Positions 11,108 through 21,885 of a stretch of 64,000 bases of DNA are shown here, in pieces; the stretch's first letter is position 1; every line of letters begins with the position of its first letter. Where the stretch lies: positions 96,001 to 160,000 of the forward strand of contig CAVZDU010000001.1 in assembly GCA_963774265.1 (NCBI GenBank), in the 5' to 3' direction. This DNA is from an uncultured Chloroflexia bacterium (GTDB lineage: Bacteria; Chloroflexota; Anaerolineae; CG2-30-64-16). Position numbers and translations under genes: made by a program. The notes under the pieces were generated by a model that searched no databases, was not told the DNA's origin, and saw nothing but the letters and a program-made list of their open reading frames with translations.

Positions 11108-13400
11108 TCACGCCTCAACGGAGTACTGCGCCGGCCGCTTGCTGCGCGAAATCGCCCAGATGATCACGCCCAACAGCACCACCAACGCGATGATCATCAC
11201 GGGCGGCGTGCCCTGGATGCCCACGACGATGGGCGCGATGATCAGGCTGATCAGGTTGATGACCTTGATCAACGGGTTCAGCGCCGGGACCAGCCGTGTC
11301 CTTCAGCGGGTCGCCCACGGTGTCGCCGACGATGCTCGCCTTATGCGCATCTGAGCCTTTGCCGCCGTACTGTCCTTCCTCCACCAGCTTCTTGGCGTTG
11401 TCCCACGCGCCGCCGGTGTTCGACATGAACACCGCCAGCAGCTGGCCGGACAGGATGACACCCGCCAGGAAGCCGCCCAGCGCCTCAGCCTTCAGCGCGA
11501 AACCAACGACGATGGGGATCAACACGACCATGATGCCCACAGGCAGCAGCTCGCGCTGCGCAGCCAAGGTGGAGATGCCGACGGCCTTCTTGTAGTCCGG
11601 CATGACTTTGCCCTCGCGCACGCCCGGCACATCGAACTCCTTGCGCACCACCGCCACCATGCCGTTCGCCGCGCGGGCCACGGCCTTCACCAGCAATGCG
11701 GCGAAGAGCACCGGGATGCCGCCACCGATCAGGAAGCCGATGAAAATACGAGGATCGGCAATGTTGATTCCCTGGATGACCTTGTCCGCGGCCAGTGTTC
11801 CCGCCTTCACCATCTCGCCCTGCACCACGCCGATATCGGTGATGAAGGAGCCAAACAGCGCTACTGCCGCAATAACTGCGGAGCCGATGGCCACACCCTT
11901 GGTGATGGCCTTGGTGGTGTTGCCGACTGCGTCCAGGTCGGTCATGATCTTACGAGCGCTCTCGGGCATCTTGGCCATTTCACCGATGCCGTTGGCATTA
12001 TCGGAGATGGGGCCGAAGGAGTCCATCGAGACCAGGTTGCCGGCATGGGTCAGCCAGCCGATACCGATCAGCGCCACGCCGTAGATCACGTACTGCATGC
12101 CCAGGCTGCTGTAGACAATCACCGAGACCATGATCGAGGCCGCGATGGTGAAAATCGACCACACGCTGGACTCGTAGCCCTCGGCCAGACCGCTTAGAAT
12201 CGTGGTCGCCGGGCCGAAGCGCGTGCTCTTGGCAATTTCCTTCACCGAAGTGCTTTCGGTGGCAGTGAAGATCGCCGTCAGGCGGTTCACGATGACGTTG
12301 AAGATGACGCCTGCCGAGATCATGGCCGCTGGCTGCCACCAGTTGACGGGGTCAGCAGCCCGAATGTAGACGAAGCTCAGCAGGAAGGAAAATGTGATGG
12401 TGATGACCGAGGAGACCTCGTAGGCGATCTCCATGCGTGCCAGGCATTGCCCTTGGCGACCGTGCGCTCCCAGACCGGCACGGAGAAGGTGCCGACGATG
12501 GAACTGATGACTCCAATCGCACGGACCAAAAGCGGGAAGACGATCCAGTAGACATGGCCCGTGACGCGCATCAGCGCCAGGCCCAGGATCAACGTCGGAG
12601 ACAATGGTGACCTCGTAGGACTCGAAGATATCCGCCGCCATACCGGCGCAATCGCCCACGTTGTCGCCCACCTGGTCGGCGATAACGGCCGCGTTGCGCG
12701 GGTCATCTTCTTCCAGGTTCTCCTCGACCTTACCGACCAGGTCCGCACCCACATCCGCGGCCTTGGTGTAGATGCCACCACCCACGCGCATGAAGAGCGC
12801 CAGCAGCGTGCCGCCGAAACCGAAGCCCAGCAGCGCATCCGGCGCTGCTGCGCCGAAGATGATGAAGATCGTGGTGCCGCCCAGCAGACCCAGCCCATCG
12901 GTCAACATGCCCGTGACAGTGCCCGAGCGGTAGGCGATGCGCAGCGCGTCGCCGAAGCTTTCGGCCTTATCCTTTCCCATAGACGCTGCAGCCACGCGAA
13001 TGTTGCCCTGAACTGCCATGCGCATACCGAGCTGGCCGACGATCAGTGAGAACGAAGCGCCGAGGATGAAAGCAGCGGCTCGACCGAAGGCGATGACGAT
13101 GCGGGCGTTATCGCCGAACATGTCCAGCGCCTCAGGCGTGGGCTTGGCGATCCACACACTGCCGAATAAGGCAAACATCAAGATCCCGACAAATGGGAGG
13201 ATCGTCCGGAGTTGTTGCCCCAGGTACGCGTCCGCGCCTTCCTTGACAGCGGTCCAGACGCGGATCATGGCGTCCGTACCCTTGCCCTCGCTCATCACAT
13301 TGCGGAAGAGCGAGTACGCGTAGAGAAGACTGATGACCGCGATCACCAGCACACTGGCGATGCCTGCAATTTCAAACGACGTCAGATGTAGTTCAGCCAT
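11108..13400 (-). CDS. hppA: Membrane-bound proton-translocating pyrophosphatase, K+-independent type (frameshifts near 12590, 12440, 11290)
   Basis: DVGADLVGKVE, DNVGDCAG, GNTTKA (Lys marks K+ independence), GDTVGDPLKDTAGP; true C-terminus LNPLIKVINL... is in another frame ending at 11108. Confidence 0.92.
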
Positions 13401-13536
13401 GAGACCTCTTGGAACCTCCTCAAAAACAAAAGAATTGACCGTAGCGCAACACTTCCATTCTAAACACTCACATTTCCTTTGTCAAAAAGCCTGCAATTTG
13501 ACTCGTATCATGTGAAAGGAATCACCTGATATTTGT

Positions 13537-13565
13537 TTGACAGGGAACCGCCTTGGGAAGATAAT
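13537..13565 (+). promoter_or_regulatory. Sigma70-type promoter of rnd (probably leaderless transcript)
   Basis: TTGACA-17 bp-GATAAT with ATG 6 nt downstream and no RBS. Confidence 0.65.
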
Positions 13566-13571
13566 AGTCAA

Positions 13572-14747
13572 ATGACTATTGAAGCAACGAATCTGACGCA
13601 GCGAGACTATCAAGCGCCGGAGAGGCTTTCAGCGCCCGTGCTGGTTGACACGCCGGCAGCCTTCGCCGCAATGCTCGACATCCTGTCTTCCCAGCCGGCT
13701 TTGGCGCTTGACACGGAGTCTAACAGCCTCTACCGCTACCAGTATCGCGTCTGCTTGATCCAGATAAGCACGATCGATGTCGACTTCCTGCTGGATCCGC
13801 TGCGGCTGCATGATATCGAGCCGCTGGGGAAAATCCTGGCCAACGAGACCGTGCAAAAGGTATTTCACGCGGCCGAGAACGACATCCTGATGCTGAAACG
13901 CGATTTTGGATTCAGCTTCGCCAATATTTTCGACACGATGCTGGCCGCGCGCATCCTGGGCTGGCGCCGAGTCAGTCTGGCTGCGCTGCTGCTGCAACAT
14001 TTCAGCGTCACGCTGGACAAGCGCACACAGCTCACCGACTGGGGCCAGCGTCCCCTCACAACCCCGCAACTCAGTTACGCCCGCCTGGACAGTCACTATC
14101 TGCTGGCCCTGCGCGATTTGCTCAGCGACGCGCTCCGCGCCCGCAAACGCTGGCGCGAGGCGCAGGAAACCTTCGACGGGCTGCCGCGGGTCACGTACAC
14201 CGAAAAAGCATTTGATCCTGAAGGCTTTTGGCGCATGAAGGGTGCGCGGGATCTGATCCCCAACGAGTTAGCTGTTTTGCGTGAGCTCTACCTCTGGCGC
14301 GACGAACAGGCGCGCCAGCTCGATCGACCACCGTTCAAAGTCCTGGGTGACGAAACGCTTCTCCACCTCAGCCAGCTGCAACCACAACACCTCTATGAGC
14401 TTCCGCTCAGCCCCCGGCAGATCGATCAGTGTGGCAAGAAGCTGCTGGACGTGATTCAGCGCGGAAGATGTGCACCGCCTCCGGCGCCGCCGGCAAGGCC
14501 ACACAATGGGAACGGACGCCCTGATCCCCAGGTCCAGGCGCGCTTCGACAAGTTGCGCGCCTGGCGTGCACAACGTGCGGCTGAACGACAGGTCGACGCC
14601 GACATTGTGCTGACCAATGACGCGCTTATGTCTATCAGCCGCGCTGCACCCACGACCGTCGAAGCATTGGCGAACGTGGGTGTGATGGGGGAGTGGAGGC
14701 TCCAAGAGTACGGCCCGGAGTTGCTGCGCGTGCTGGGCGCTTCGTGA
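13572..14747 (+). CDS. rnd: Ribonuclease D family 3'-5' exonuclease with two HRDC domains
   Basis: ALDTES, FHAAENDI, FDTMLAA, TDWGQRPL, YARLD (DEDDy) motifs plus two HRDC domains. Confidence 0.88.
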   Translation: MTIEATNLTQRDYQAPERLSAPVLVDTPAAFAAMLDILSSQPALALDTESNSLYRYQYRVCLIQISTIDVDFLLDPLRLHDIEPLGKILANETVQKVFHAAENDILMLKRDFGFSFANIFDTMLAARILGWRRVSLAALLLQHFSVTLDKRTQLTDWGQRPLTTPQLSYARLDSHYLLALRDLLSDALRARKRWREAQETFDGLPRVTYTEKAFDPEGFWRMKGARDLIPNELAVLRELYLWRDEQARQLDRPPFKVLGDETLLHLSQLQPQHLYELPLSPRQIDQCGKKLLDVIQRGRCAPPPAPPARPHNGNGRPDPQVQARFDKLRAWRAQRAAERQVDADIVLTNDALMSISRAAPTTVEALANVGVMGEWRLQEYGPELLRVLGAS

Positions 14748-14754
14748 CCCTGCG

Positions 14755-14973
14755 ATGGTCACTTCCTACCCCGAAATACGCCTCGGCGATATTGTACGCA
14801 TGCGCAAGCCCCATCCGTGCGGCGGCACGGATTGGGGCGTCGTCCGCCTCGGTGCTGATATTGGCATCCGCTGCGAGGGTTGCGGCCGTCGGGTCCTTCT
14901 GCCGCGGTCGCAGTTCATCCGCCAGGTCAAGACCTTGTTGAAACAAGGCCCGGCTCCCGAGCAACTCGCATGA
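14755..14973 (+). CDS. DUF951 family protein
   Basis: LGDIVRMRKPHPCGG...RLGADIGIRCEGCGRRVLL signature. Confidence 0.85.
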   Translation: MVTSYPEIRLGDIVRMRKPHPCGGTDWGVVRLGADIGIRCEGCGRRVLLPRSQFIRQVKTLLKQGPAPEQLA

Positions 14974-16313
14974 CTGAGTCAACAGATCGCGGCTTCGGCA
15001 CGGTGTTGTCCAACCGCCATTTCCGCGCACTTTGGTTCGCGCAGTTGATGGCGCAGACTTCACAGCATGCCATCCATTTCATCCAGATGGTGCTCGTCGA
15101 GAAGCTCACCGGGTCGGCCACGCATCTTGGGATCACCATCCTCGCATTTACGATCCCAGGCATCCTCTTCAGTCCCATCGCCGGAGTAGTTGTGGATCGG
15201 TTCCCCAAGAAGTGGATCTTGCTCGGGTCGAACATCATACGCGTCTTCTTTGCGCTCAGCTATATCCTCGTTCTCAACCAACTCGAGGGCGCCTGGCGGC
15301 TCATCGCCATCTATGTCATCACCTTTCTGACCTCGACGCTGGCCCAGTTCTTTGCGCCCGCTGAAGGAGCAACGATCCCGATGTTGGTGGGTGAGAAACA
15401 CCTGCTGGCCGCTAACTCACTCTTCACGCTTACCATCGCCGCCGCCCAAATTCTTGGACTGATGATACTTGGCCCCCTCTCGATCAGTCTGCTGCGCGTC
15501 GAGGGCGGCTTCATCGTGGTGGCCGTCCTCTACCTGATCGCGGCCGTTTCCGTGTCAACGCTGCCGAAGGACAAACCTGTAGCGCGGGTCGCAGCGGCCG
15601 TCTCCCCGTGGAAGCAACTGTGGGGTGATATCCGCGAGAGTCTTCAATTTGTCAGTGGACAACGCCGCATCCAGGCGGCCCTTGTGCAACTGGCGGTCAT
15701 CGCCACCATGATTATGATCATGGCGATGCTGGCGCCTGGCTATGCAGCGCGCGTCTTGGGCATGTCCGCTGAAGATGCCGTGATTGTCTTTGCGCCGGCC
15801 GGTGTCGGCATGTTACTGGCAATCGGCCTGACCGGCCGCTGGGGTCATGTCTTGCGGCGTGTGGGCTTCGATTACCTGGGCCTGATCCTCACCGGCTTGA
15901 CCTTCGCCGGCATGGGCTGGATGGCGCTAGGCTATGACAGACTGATGCGTCCCATTTTGCAGCTTTACCCTAACGCTGGCCTGAGCCTGACCAGCGCTAC
16001 CATGGCTTTGGCTTTTGTTCTGGGCCTCTGCCTGGCTGGCGTTAACATCCTCGCGCAGACGCTCGTCCAGCAGCAGTCGCCGGCCTTCATCCGCGGTCGC
16101 GTGCTCGCCATGCAGTTCACTTTGAGCAACATGGTCGGCATCCCCCCCATGCTGGCTCTTGGCATCCTTGCGGACGCCATCGGCATCCCGAGGGCCATGG
16201 AAATCGTGGGGCTGATAGCCATAGTCATGGCCATTCTGAGCATGGTGGTTCAGCGCATCCCAGCGCGTGTCCCACCGTTAGCCGCCGACGCGACGCAAGA
16301 AGGCGAACCATAA
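14970..16313 (+). CDS. MFS transporter (MFS_3/DHA3-like)
   Basis: About 12 TM helices; NRHFRALW, GVVVDRFPKK, IRGRV motifs; ATGA overlap with the DUF951 gene. Confidence 0.85.
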   Translation: MTESTDRGFGTVLSNRHFRALWFAQLMAQTSQHAIHFIQMVLVEKLTGSATHLGITILAFTIPGILFSPIAGVVVDRFPKKWILLGSNIIRVFFALSYILVLNQLEGAWRLIAIYVITFLTSTLAQFFAPAEGATIPMLVGEKHLLAANSLFTLTIAAAQILGLMILGPLSISLLRVEGGFIVVAVLYLIAAVSVSTLPKDKPVARVAAAVSPWKQLWGDIRESLQFVSGQRRIQAALVQLAVIATMIMIMAMLAPGYAARVLGMSAEDAVIVFAPAGVGMLLAIGLTGRWGHVLRRVGFDYLGLILTGLTFAGMGWMALGYDRLMRPILQLYPNAGLSLTSATMALAFVLGLCLAGVNILAQTLVQQQSPAFIRGRVLAMQFTLSNMVGIPPMLALGILADAIGIPRAMEIVGLIAIVMAILSMVVQRIPARVPPLAADATQEGEP

Positions 16314-16332
16314 CCCGGTCAACCAAGGTAAT

Positions 16333-16362
16333 TTGACACCAGGGACCCCTGACAGGTATAAT
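16333..16362 (+). promoter_or_regulatory. Promoter of the rpmH-rnpA-yidD-yidC-jag operon
   Basis: TTGACA-18 bp-TATAAT. Confidence 0.75.
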
Positions 16363-16442
16363 CTTTTAGGTTAAGCGGGTGAGACCTGCTATCTGTCTCG
16401 CCTGCTTTTTCTGTCTGCGATTAATATGAGGAGTACGAGTTC

Positions 16443-16583
16443 ATGTCCACCAAGCGTACGTATCAGCCGAAGAGCCGCCGCCGTCAACGGGTGCACGGAT
16501 TCTTCAGCCGCATGAGCACTCATGGCGGTCGCCGCGTGATTGCGGCTCGCCGCAACCGTGGTCGAAAGCGTCTGTCGGTCTAA
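16443..16583 (+). CDS. rpmH: 50S ribosomal protein L34
   Basis: Below the ORF-track size cut-off; [46 protein letters not shown] with GAGGAG RBS. Confidence 0.97.
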   Translation: MSTKRTYQPKSRRRQRVHGFFSRMSTHGGRRVIAARRNRGRKRLSV

Positions 16584-16606
16584 ACACATCACATGGAAGC
16601 TTAGCC

Positions 16607-16945
16607 TTGGAGCGCCGGTTTCGAGTCAGCAACAATGAGCGATTCCGGCAGGTTCGGCAGGAGGGCGCAAGCCACGCGCACCCGTTGTTGATCTTGAGTT
16701 GCCTGCGCAACGATTTAGATGTCAGCCGGTGCGGCTTCACCGTAAGTAAGCGAGTCGGTAAAGCGGTCGAACGAAATCGGGCCCGGCGCCGGATCCGCGA
16801 GGCGGTGCGAAATCTGTGGGATCTCGTCCAACCGGGTTGGGACCTGATCTGGATTGCCCGGCCGGGCATCAATGAAGCCAGCTTCGCCGACTTACAGGAT
16901 GCCTGTGCCCGCCTATTACGGCGGGCACGCTTGCTGATAGAATGA
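16607..16945 (+). CDS. rnpA: Ribonuclease P protein component
   Basis: [23 protein letters not shown] (RNR motif); synteny. Confidence 0.95.
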   Translation: MERRFRVSNNERFRQVRQEGASHAHPLLILSCLRNDLDVSRCGFTVSKRVGKAVERNRARRRIREAVRNLWDLVQPGWDLIWIARPGINEASFADLQDACARLLRRARLLIE

Positions 16946-17151
16946 AGCGAATTTTCTTGGTCCTGATACGGGGTTATCAGCGAATTATCTCGCCGTGGTT
17001 TCCGCCTTCATGCCGGTTCTATCCGTCCTGTTCGGAATATACCTATCAGGCAATCGAAAAGCACGGGGCCCTGCGTGGCGGATGGCTGGGCATTCGCAGG
17101 ATCAGCCGGTGCCACCCCTGGAATGAAGGGGGCTATGATCCCGTACCTTAG
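16942..17151 (+). CDS. yidD: Membrane protein insertion efficiency factor
   Basis: [10 protein letters not shown]...[14 protein letters not shown]. Confidence 0.95.
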   Translation: MKRIFLVLIRGYQRIISPWFPPSCRFYPSCSEYTYQAIEKHGALRGGWLGIRRISRCHPWNEGGYDPVP

Positions 17152-17172
17152 TCTAGAGGAGCGTCTCTGAGC

Positions 17173-18243
17173 GTGAACAAAAAGCACCGCACTCTGCTGT
17201 TGGTCGGTGTACTGCTGGTCGCGGCCGTGATCCTTTCCGGTTGCACGATACCGCGGGGCAGCATCGATCTCAACAATCCCCCCGGCTGGTGGGAAGGCAT
17301 CATCGTCTATCCCCTTGCCAAACTCCTGATGGCGATGAATGGCTTCCTCCAGAAGCTTGGCATCGTCTCGAATAGCTGGGGCTGGGCGATCATCGTCTTC
17401 ACCATCGTGATCAAGCTCGTTACGTTCCCCTTGACGCTCAAGCAGCTGCAGTCGACCAAAGCGCAGCAAGCGATTCAGCCAAGGCTGCGCGAGCTGCAGG
17501 AGAAGTACGGCAAGGATCGGCAAAAGCTCTCCGAAGAGCAGATGAAGCTCTACAAGGAAGCGGGCATCAATCCGATGGGCGGCTGTCTGCCTATGCTCGT
17601 CCAGTTGCCGATCCTGTGGGGCCTCTATCAGGCTCTCTACGTTCTTGCCAATCCCAGCATCGCTCAACTGAACGGCCAGCGCTTCTTCTGGATGCCTGAC
17701 CTGTCACTTCCAGCCCTGGCGACGCCGGATCAAGGCGCCCCGATGCTCGGGAATGTCCCCATGGCGGGCACCAGCTGGATCAGCCCTGCGTTCCAGCAGC
17801 AAGCATGGGGCATTTTGCTTGCCTACTTCAGTCTGCCAATTTTCATGCTGATCACCCAGATGCTCGTGCAGAAGATGTCGCAGCCGGCAAAGGCATCGAA
17901 CAAGGGACAGCAGGATTCGCAAGCACGCATGATGAACCAGATGATGTTCTTCATGCCGATCATGTTCGCCTGGATCACCCTGGGGCTGCCGTCTGGTTTG
18001 ACACTCTACTGGACTGTATCCAACATCTTGGCTGTGATCCAACAGTACTTTGTTACGGGCTGGGGTGGGTTGGCCGATTGGCTCCCGTTCCTGCAGGGTG
18101 GCCAGCCGGCACTGGCAGCCGCAACTAGCGCAGACGCACCGGCTCGCAGCATCTATTCAGGAGCCACAAACGCCACTGCGCCCGCGCGCACAACTAGCGA
18201 AGCACCAGAAAAGCCAGCCAAGCGCCGCAAGCGCCGCCGCTAA
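17173..18243 (+). CDS. yidC: Membrane protein insertase YidC/Oxa1 (short, lipoprotein type)
   Basis: LSGC lipobox, WGWAIIVFT, NPMGGCLPMLVQ, LPSGLTLYWTVSN. Confidence 0.95.
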   Translation: MNKKHRTLLLVGVLLVAAVILSGCTIPRGSIDLNNPPGWWEGIIVYPLAKLLMAMNGFLQKLGIVSNSWGWAIIVFTIVIKLVTFPLTLKQLQSTKAQQAIQPRLRELQEKYGKDRQKLSEEQMKLYKEAGINPMGGCLPMLVQLPILWGLYQALYVLANPSIAQLNGQRFFWMPDLSLPALATPDQGAPMLGNVPMAGTSWISPAFQQQAWGILLAYFSLPIFMLITQMLVQKMSQPAKASNKGQQDSQARMMNQMMFFMPIMFAWITLGLPSGLTLYWTVSNILAVIQQYFVTGWGGLADWLPFLQGGQPALAAATSADAPARSIYSGATNATAPARTTSEAPEKPAKRRKRRR

Positions 18244-18280
18244 CTCTGGTTTGGTTCACCCTCTCTGAGGAAGTATACGT

Positions 18281-19108
18281 ATGACAGGAGAAAAAAGCGG
18301 AGAGTTCCGCGGTAAGACCGTCGAAGCGGCAGTGGCCGCCGGGTTGGCTGCGCTGAGGCTGGCCCGCGAGGATGTCGAGGTGGAAGTTGTGCGCCCGGGA
18401 AGCCGCGGTGTGTTGGGCATTGGCGCCGAAGACGCCATCGTGCGCTTGAGCACCGTTCGCAGCGAGCCCCCGGAGCCGCGGCCCACGCCGAGGCCCGAAC
18501 CCAAAAGCGAACCGCGTCCCGCGCCGGCCCCGCGTCAAGAGCCAAAGCCCGCGCCGCAGGTTGTCCAGCCGGCGTTATCAGCCGAGCCAAAGGTCCCGGC
18601 TCCAGCAGTGGTCACATCAGATGAGCGCGTGGCGGCTGCAGCCGAAAAGGGCCGCGAGCTGCTGGCGGGCATGCTCGAACTCATGAACCTGACCGCACAT
18701 GTCGAGATCGTTCCGCAAAGCGCCGCCGAAATCGACGATGACGAGCCCGCATTGGTCCTCAATATCGTGGGCGACGATTTGGGCGTCCTGATTGGCCGCC
18801 AAAACGAAACGCTCTCTGCGCTCGAGTTTGTCACCCGTCTTATGGTTAACCAGCAAGTTCGGACGCGCACGAACTTCGTGGTCGACGTCAATGGCTACCG
18901 CGCAAAGCGGGCCGAGTCGCTCCGCAAATTGGCGTTGCGCATGGCCGATCAGGTTAGTCAGTCGGGACGCACCGTCGCCCTCGAGCCCATGCCGCCGGCC
19001 GAGCGCCGCATCATCCATCTCGCCCTGCGGGAGCATCCCAGCGTCATCACGCAGAGCGTGGGCGAAGGGGACCGACGCAAGGTCACCATCGTTCCGAAGA
19101 AGAGCTAA
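18281..19108 (+). CDS. jag: RNA-binding protein Jag/EloR/KhpB
   Basis: Jag_N GKTVEAA, KH domain GVLIGRQNETL, R3H ERRIIHLAL. Confidence 0.93.
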   Translation: MTGEKSGEFRGKTVEAAVAAGLAALRLAREDVEVEVVRPGSRGVLGIGAEDAIVRLSTVRSEPPEPRPTPRPEPKSEPRPAPAPRQEPKPAPQVVQPALSAEPKVPAPAVVTSDERVAAAAEKGRELLAGMLELMNLTAHVEIVPQSAAEIDDDEPALVLNIVGDDLGVLIGRQNETLSALEFVTRLMVNQQVRTRTNFVVDVNGYRAKRAESLRKLALRMADQVSQSGRTVALEPMPPAERRIIHLALREHPSVITQSVGEGDRRKVTIVPKKS

Positions 19109-19142
19109 GGTTCGCACCTGCTCGCTTAGCCCTAGGACCACC

Positions 19143-19173
19143 AACGCCGACCTCTGCCAGGGGTCGGCGTTTT
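19143..19173 (+). terminator. Intrinsic terminator after jag
   Basis: AACGCCGACCTC...GGGGTCGGCGTTTT. Confidence 0.75.
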
Positions 19174-19175
19174 CG

Positions 19176-19204
19176 TTGACCCACCACGTCCGGTGTGTTA
19201 GAAT
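19176..19204 (+). promoter_or_regulatory. Promoter of the pfkB-parA-parB operon
   Basis: TTGACC-17 bp-TAGAAT with extended TG. Confidence 0.65.
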
Positions 19205-19234
19205 CTTTCCGACCACCACGAAGCGGAGCCATCT

Positions 19235-20156
19235 TTGCCCATCAATTTTCTTGCCATCGGAAATCTCACCCGAGACACGACGCCGCAAGGCTTTCGCCTG
19301 GGGGGGACCGTCTCATTTGCCGCCTTCACCGCCCAGCGCCTGGGTTGGCGACCAGGTGTCCTGACACGAGCTTCGCTGGATGGGTTGGAGCCAGGGGGAC
19401 GCCTTGGGGAAGCAGGCACGCTGCGGACGACGGGCTTGCCTGGTACTCCGTTGGCGGGCATTCCGGTCCACCTCATGCCGTCGCCGGTCACCACGACCTT
19501 CACCAACATCTACACCGCACGCGGCCGAACCCAGGTCATTCAGGCAGTGGCGGATCCGGTCACCCCCGACGGTTTGCCTTCCGAATGGGCACAGCCGCCA
19601 GTCGTGTTGCTCGGGTCCATCGCCCGTGAGACTCCTCCGAGCTGGGCCGAGATGTTTCCCAATTCGCTGCTTGGCATCACCCCACAGGGTCACATGCGCC
19701 GTTGGGATACGGCCGGACACGTATTCCCCGACCGTTGGGAAAACGCCGGCCCCTTGCTGCGCCGCGCCGATGCGATCATCCTGAGCCGGGAAGACGTCGG
19801 CGGCGATGATGCCTATATCGCAGAACTCGCAGGACAAACGCGACTGCTTAATTGTAACGGATGGTTGGCACGGAGCGTCCGTCTATCAGAGCGAGGAGGT
19901 CACACGGATCCCTCCTCGGGCTGCACGCGAGGTCGACCCGACCGGTGCGGGCGACGTTTTTGCCACTTCGTTCTTGTTGCGCCTGGCTGAGACCGGCGAT
20001 CCCCTTGTGGCCGCCCGGTTCGCCAACGTCGTTGCCTCCATGTCCATCGAGGCGCCCGGAATGGACGCTATCCCCACGCGAGCCGAGGTCGAGAACTGGC
20101 TTGCGGAAGATGCAGCGGCAGCTTCCGCTGCCGTTGCAGGGAATTTGCAGACGTGA
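19235..20156 (+). CDS. PfkB-family carbohydrate kinase (frameshift near 19850)
   Basis: N-terminal GG motif LGGTVSFAA; C-terminal DPTGAGDVF in ORF 19806..20156. Confidence 0.8.
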
Positions 20157-20968
20157 CTCGTATCTATGCTTTTGCGAACCAGAAAGGCGGCGTTGGCAAG
20201 ACCACCACCGCCGTCAACCTGGGCGCCTACCTGGCGGAAGCGGGCTGCCGCGTCCTCTTCGTCGACGCGGATCCGCAGGCCAACGCGACCAGCAGCCTGG
20301 GAATCGCGTCGAATTCGCTCCGCTCTTCGCTATACGATGTGCTCATCCGCAAACACGCTGCTGCCGATAACCTCTTGCCCACTTCGCACGATGGTCTGCA
20401 CCTCCTCCCCAGCGCCCCCGCGTTGGCCGGCGCCGAGGTCGAGATGGTCCCACTTTTTGCTCGTGAGTTCTTGCTGCGCCGTGCGCTGGAGCCGGTGCTG
20501 GGTCTATACACGCACGTGCTGGTGGACTGCCCGCCCAGCCTTGGCCTGTTAACGGTCAATGCCCTGGCCACATCGGCTGATGGCGTCCTTGTACCGATCC
20601 AATGCGAATACCTGGCTTTGGAAGGCCTGGGCCGGCTGTGGCACACGGTACAGATGGTGCGGGAGAGCCTGAATCCGGCGCTTTTCATTAGCGGCATGGT
20701 GCTCACCATGTATGATCCGCGCACCAACCTTTCCGACCAGGTGGTCGCTGAGGTGCGCAACCATTTTCCGCAGCAGACCTTCTCCACAGTCATTCCGCGC
20801 AGCGTGCGCCTGAGCGAGGCGCCCAGCTACGGCAGAACGATCCTGCAATATGCGCCGGCATCCGCCGGCGCTCGCGCCTATCGCGCATTGGCGCAGGAGC
20901 TTTTGGCCCGCGAGGCGCACGACGCGCCCCGGGCCGAAGCGGTTACCGCGGGAAGGAACACGCCATGA
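20153..20968 (+). CDS. parA: Chromosome partitioning ATPase ParA/Soj
   Basis: NQKGGVGKTT, DADPQAN, DCPPSLG, PRSVRLSEAPSYG. Confidence 0.95.
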   Translation: MTRIYAFANQKGGVGKTTTAVNLGAYLAEAGCRVLFVDADPQANATSSLGIASNSLRSSLYDVLIRKHAAADNLLPTSHDGLHLLPSAPALAGAEVEMVPLFAREFLLRRALEPVLGLYTHVLVDCPPSLGLLTVNALATSADGVLVPIQCEYLALEGLGRLWHTVQMVRESLNPALFISGMVLTMYDPRTNLSDQVVAEVRNHFPQQTFSTVIPRSVRLSEAPSYGRTILQYAPASAGARAYRALAQELLAREAHDAPRAEAVTAGRNTP

Positions 20969-21864
20969 GCGCACAATCTCGTGGGTTAGGTAGAGGTTTA
21001 GACGCCCTGATCCCATCCTCAAGCAGCAGTGCGGACGATGCCACAGCCTCTGGGCCGGCTGGCTTGCTCCATGTGCCGGTCTCTGACATCGTCCCAAATC
21101 CCCGGCAACCGCGCACGAAGATGGACCCGGACTCGCTCGCAGAACTGGCCGCTTCCATCAAAGAACACGGCCTGCTCCAACCATTGATTGTCACCCGGGC
21201 TTTGCCCACCGCGCGTGCGCCCTACCAACTCATCGCCGGCGAGCGGCGCTGGCGCGCGGCGCAACAGGCTGGCCTCGACGTTGTCCCTGTGCTGCTGAAA
21301 GAGGCCACACCCCAGCAATTCCTCGAGCTGGCCCTGGTCGAGAACATCCAGCGCTCCGACCTGAATCCGCTGGAGGAGGCTGAGGCGTACCAAGCACTGA
21401 TGAACGACTTCAGCCTCAACCAACAGCAGGTCGCCGAACGCGTGGGAAAGAGCCGCGTGGCGGTCGCCAACACGCTCCGCCTTCTGCGCCTGCCTGAGCG
21501 CGTCAAGACGCTTCTCGCGGATGGCGTGCTTTCCGAAGGTCACGCGCGTGCGCTGCTAGGTCTGCCCGATGATGAGGCCATTCTCCAGGCAGCCGGCGTT
21601 GTGGTGAGTCGCGGGCTGACCGTGCGGCAGACGGAGGATCTCGTCCGCCGCCTGGCTGACGTGAAGACCGAAGCCGAACACGAAGACTCGGATGCGGACG
21701 ACCCAGACCACGCTAACACACGACAACTAGAAGAGGCGTTCCGCGGCGCGCTCGGCACCAAGGTCGCACTGACCCGCAGCCGCAAAGGTGGCCGGCTCGT
21801 CATCTCCTTCTACTCGGACGAAGAACTGCAAACCATCTATGAGCGCATCGTCGGCGTAGAATAG
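20965..21864 (+). CDS. parB: Chromosome partitioning protein ParB/Spo0J
   Basis: GLGRGLDALI, PNPRQPR, IAGERRWRA, ENIQRSDLNPLEEA. Confidence 0.95.
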   Translation: MSAQSRGLGRGLDALIPSSSSSADDATASGPAGLLHVPVSDIVPNPRQPRTKMDPDSLAELAASIKEHGLLQPLIVTRALPTARAPYQLIAGERRWRAAQQAGLDVVPVLLKEATPQQFLELALVENIQRSDLNPLEEAEAYQALMNDFSLNQQQVAERVGKSRVAVANTLRLLRLPERVKTLLADGVLSEGHARALLGLPDDEAILQAAGVVVSRGLTVRQTEDLVRRLADVKTEAEHEDSDADDPDHANTRQLEEAFRGALGTKVALTRSRKGGRLVISFYSDEELQTIYERIVGVE

Positions 21865-21885
21865 GTCTTCATCGAGGATCAGGCA

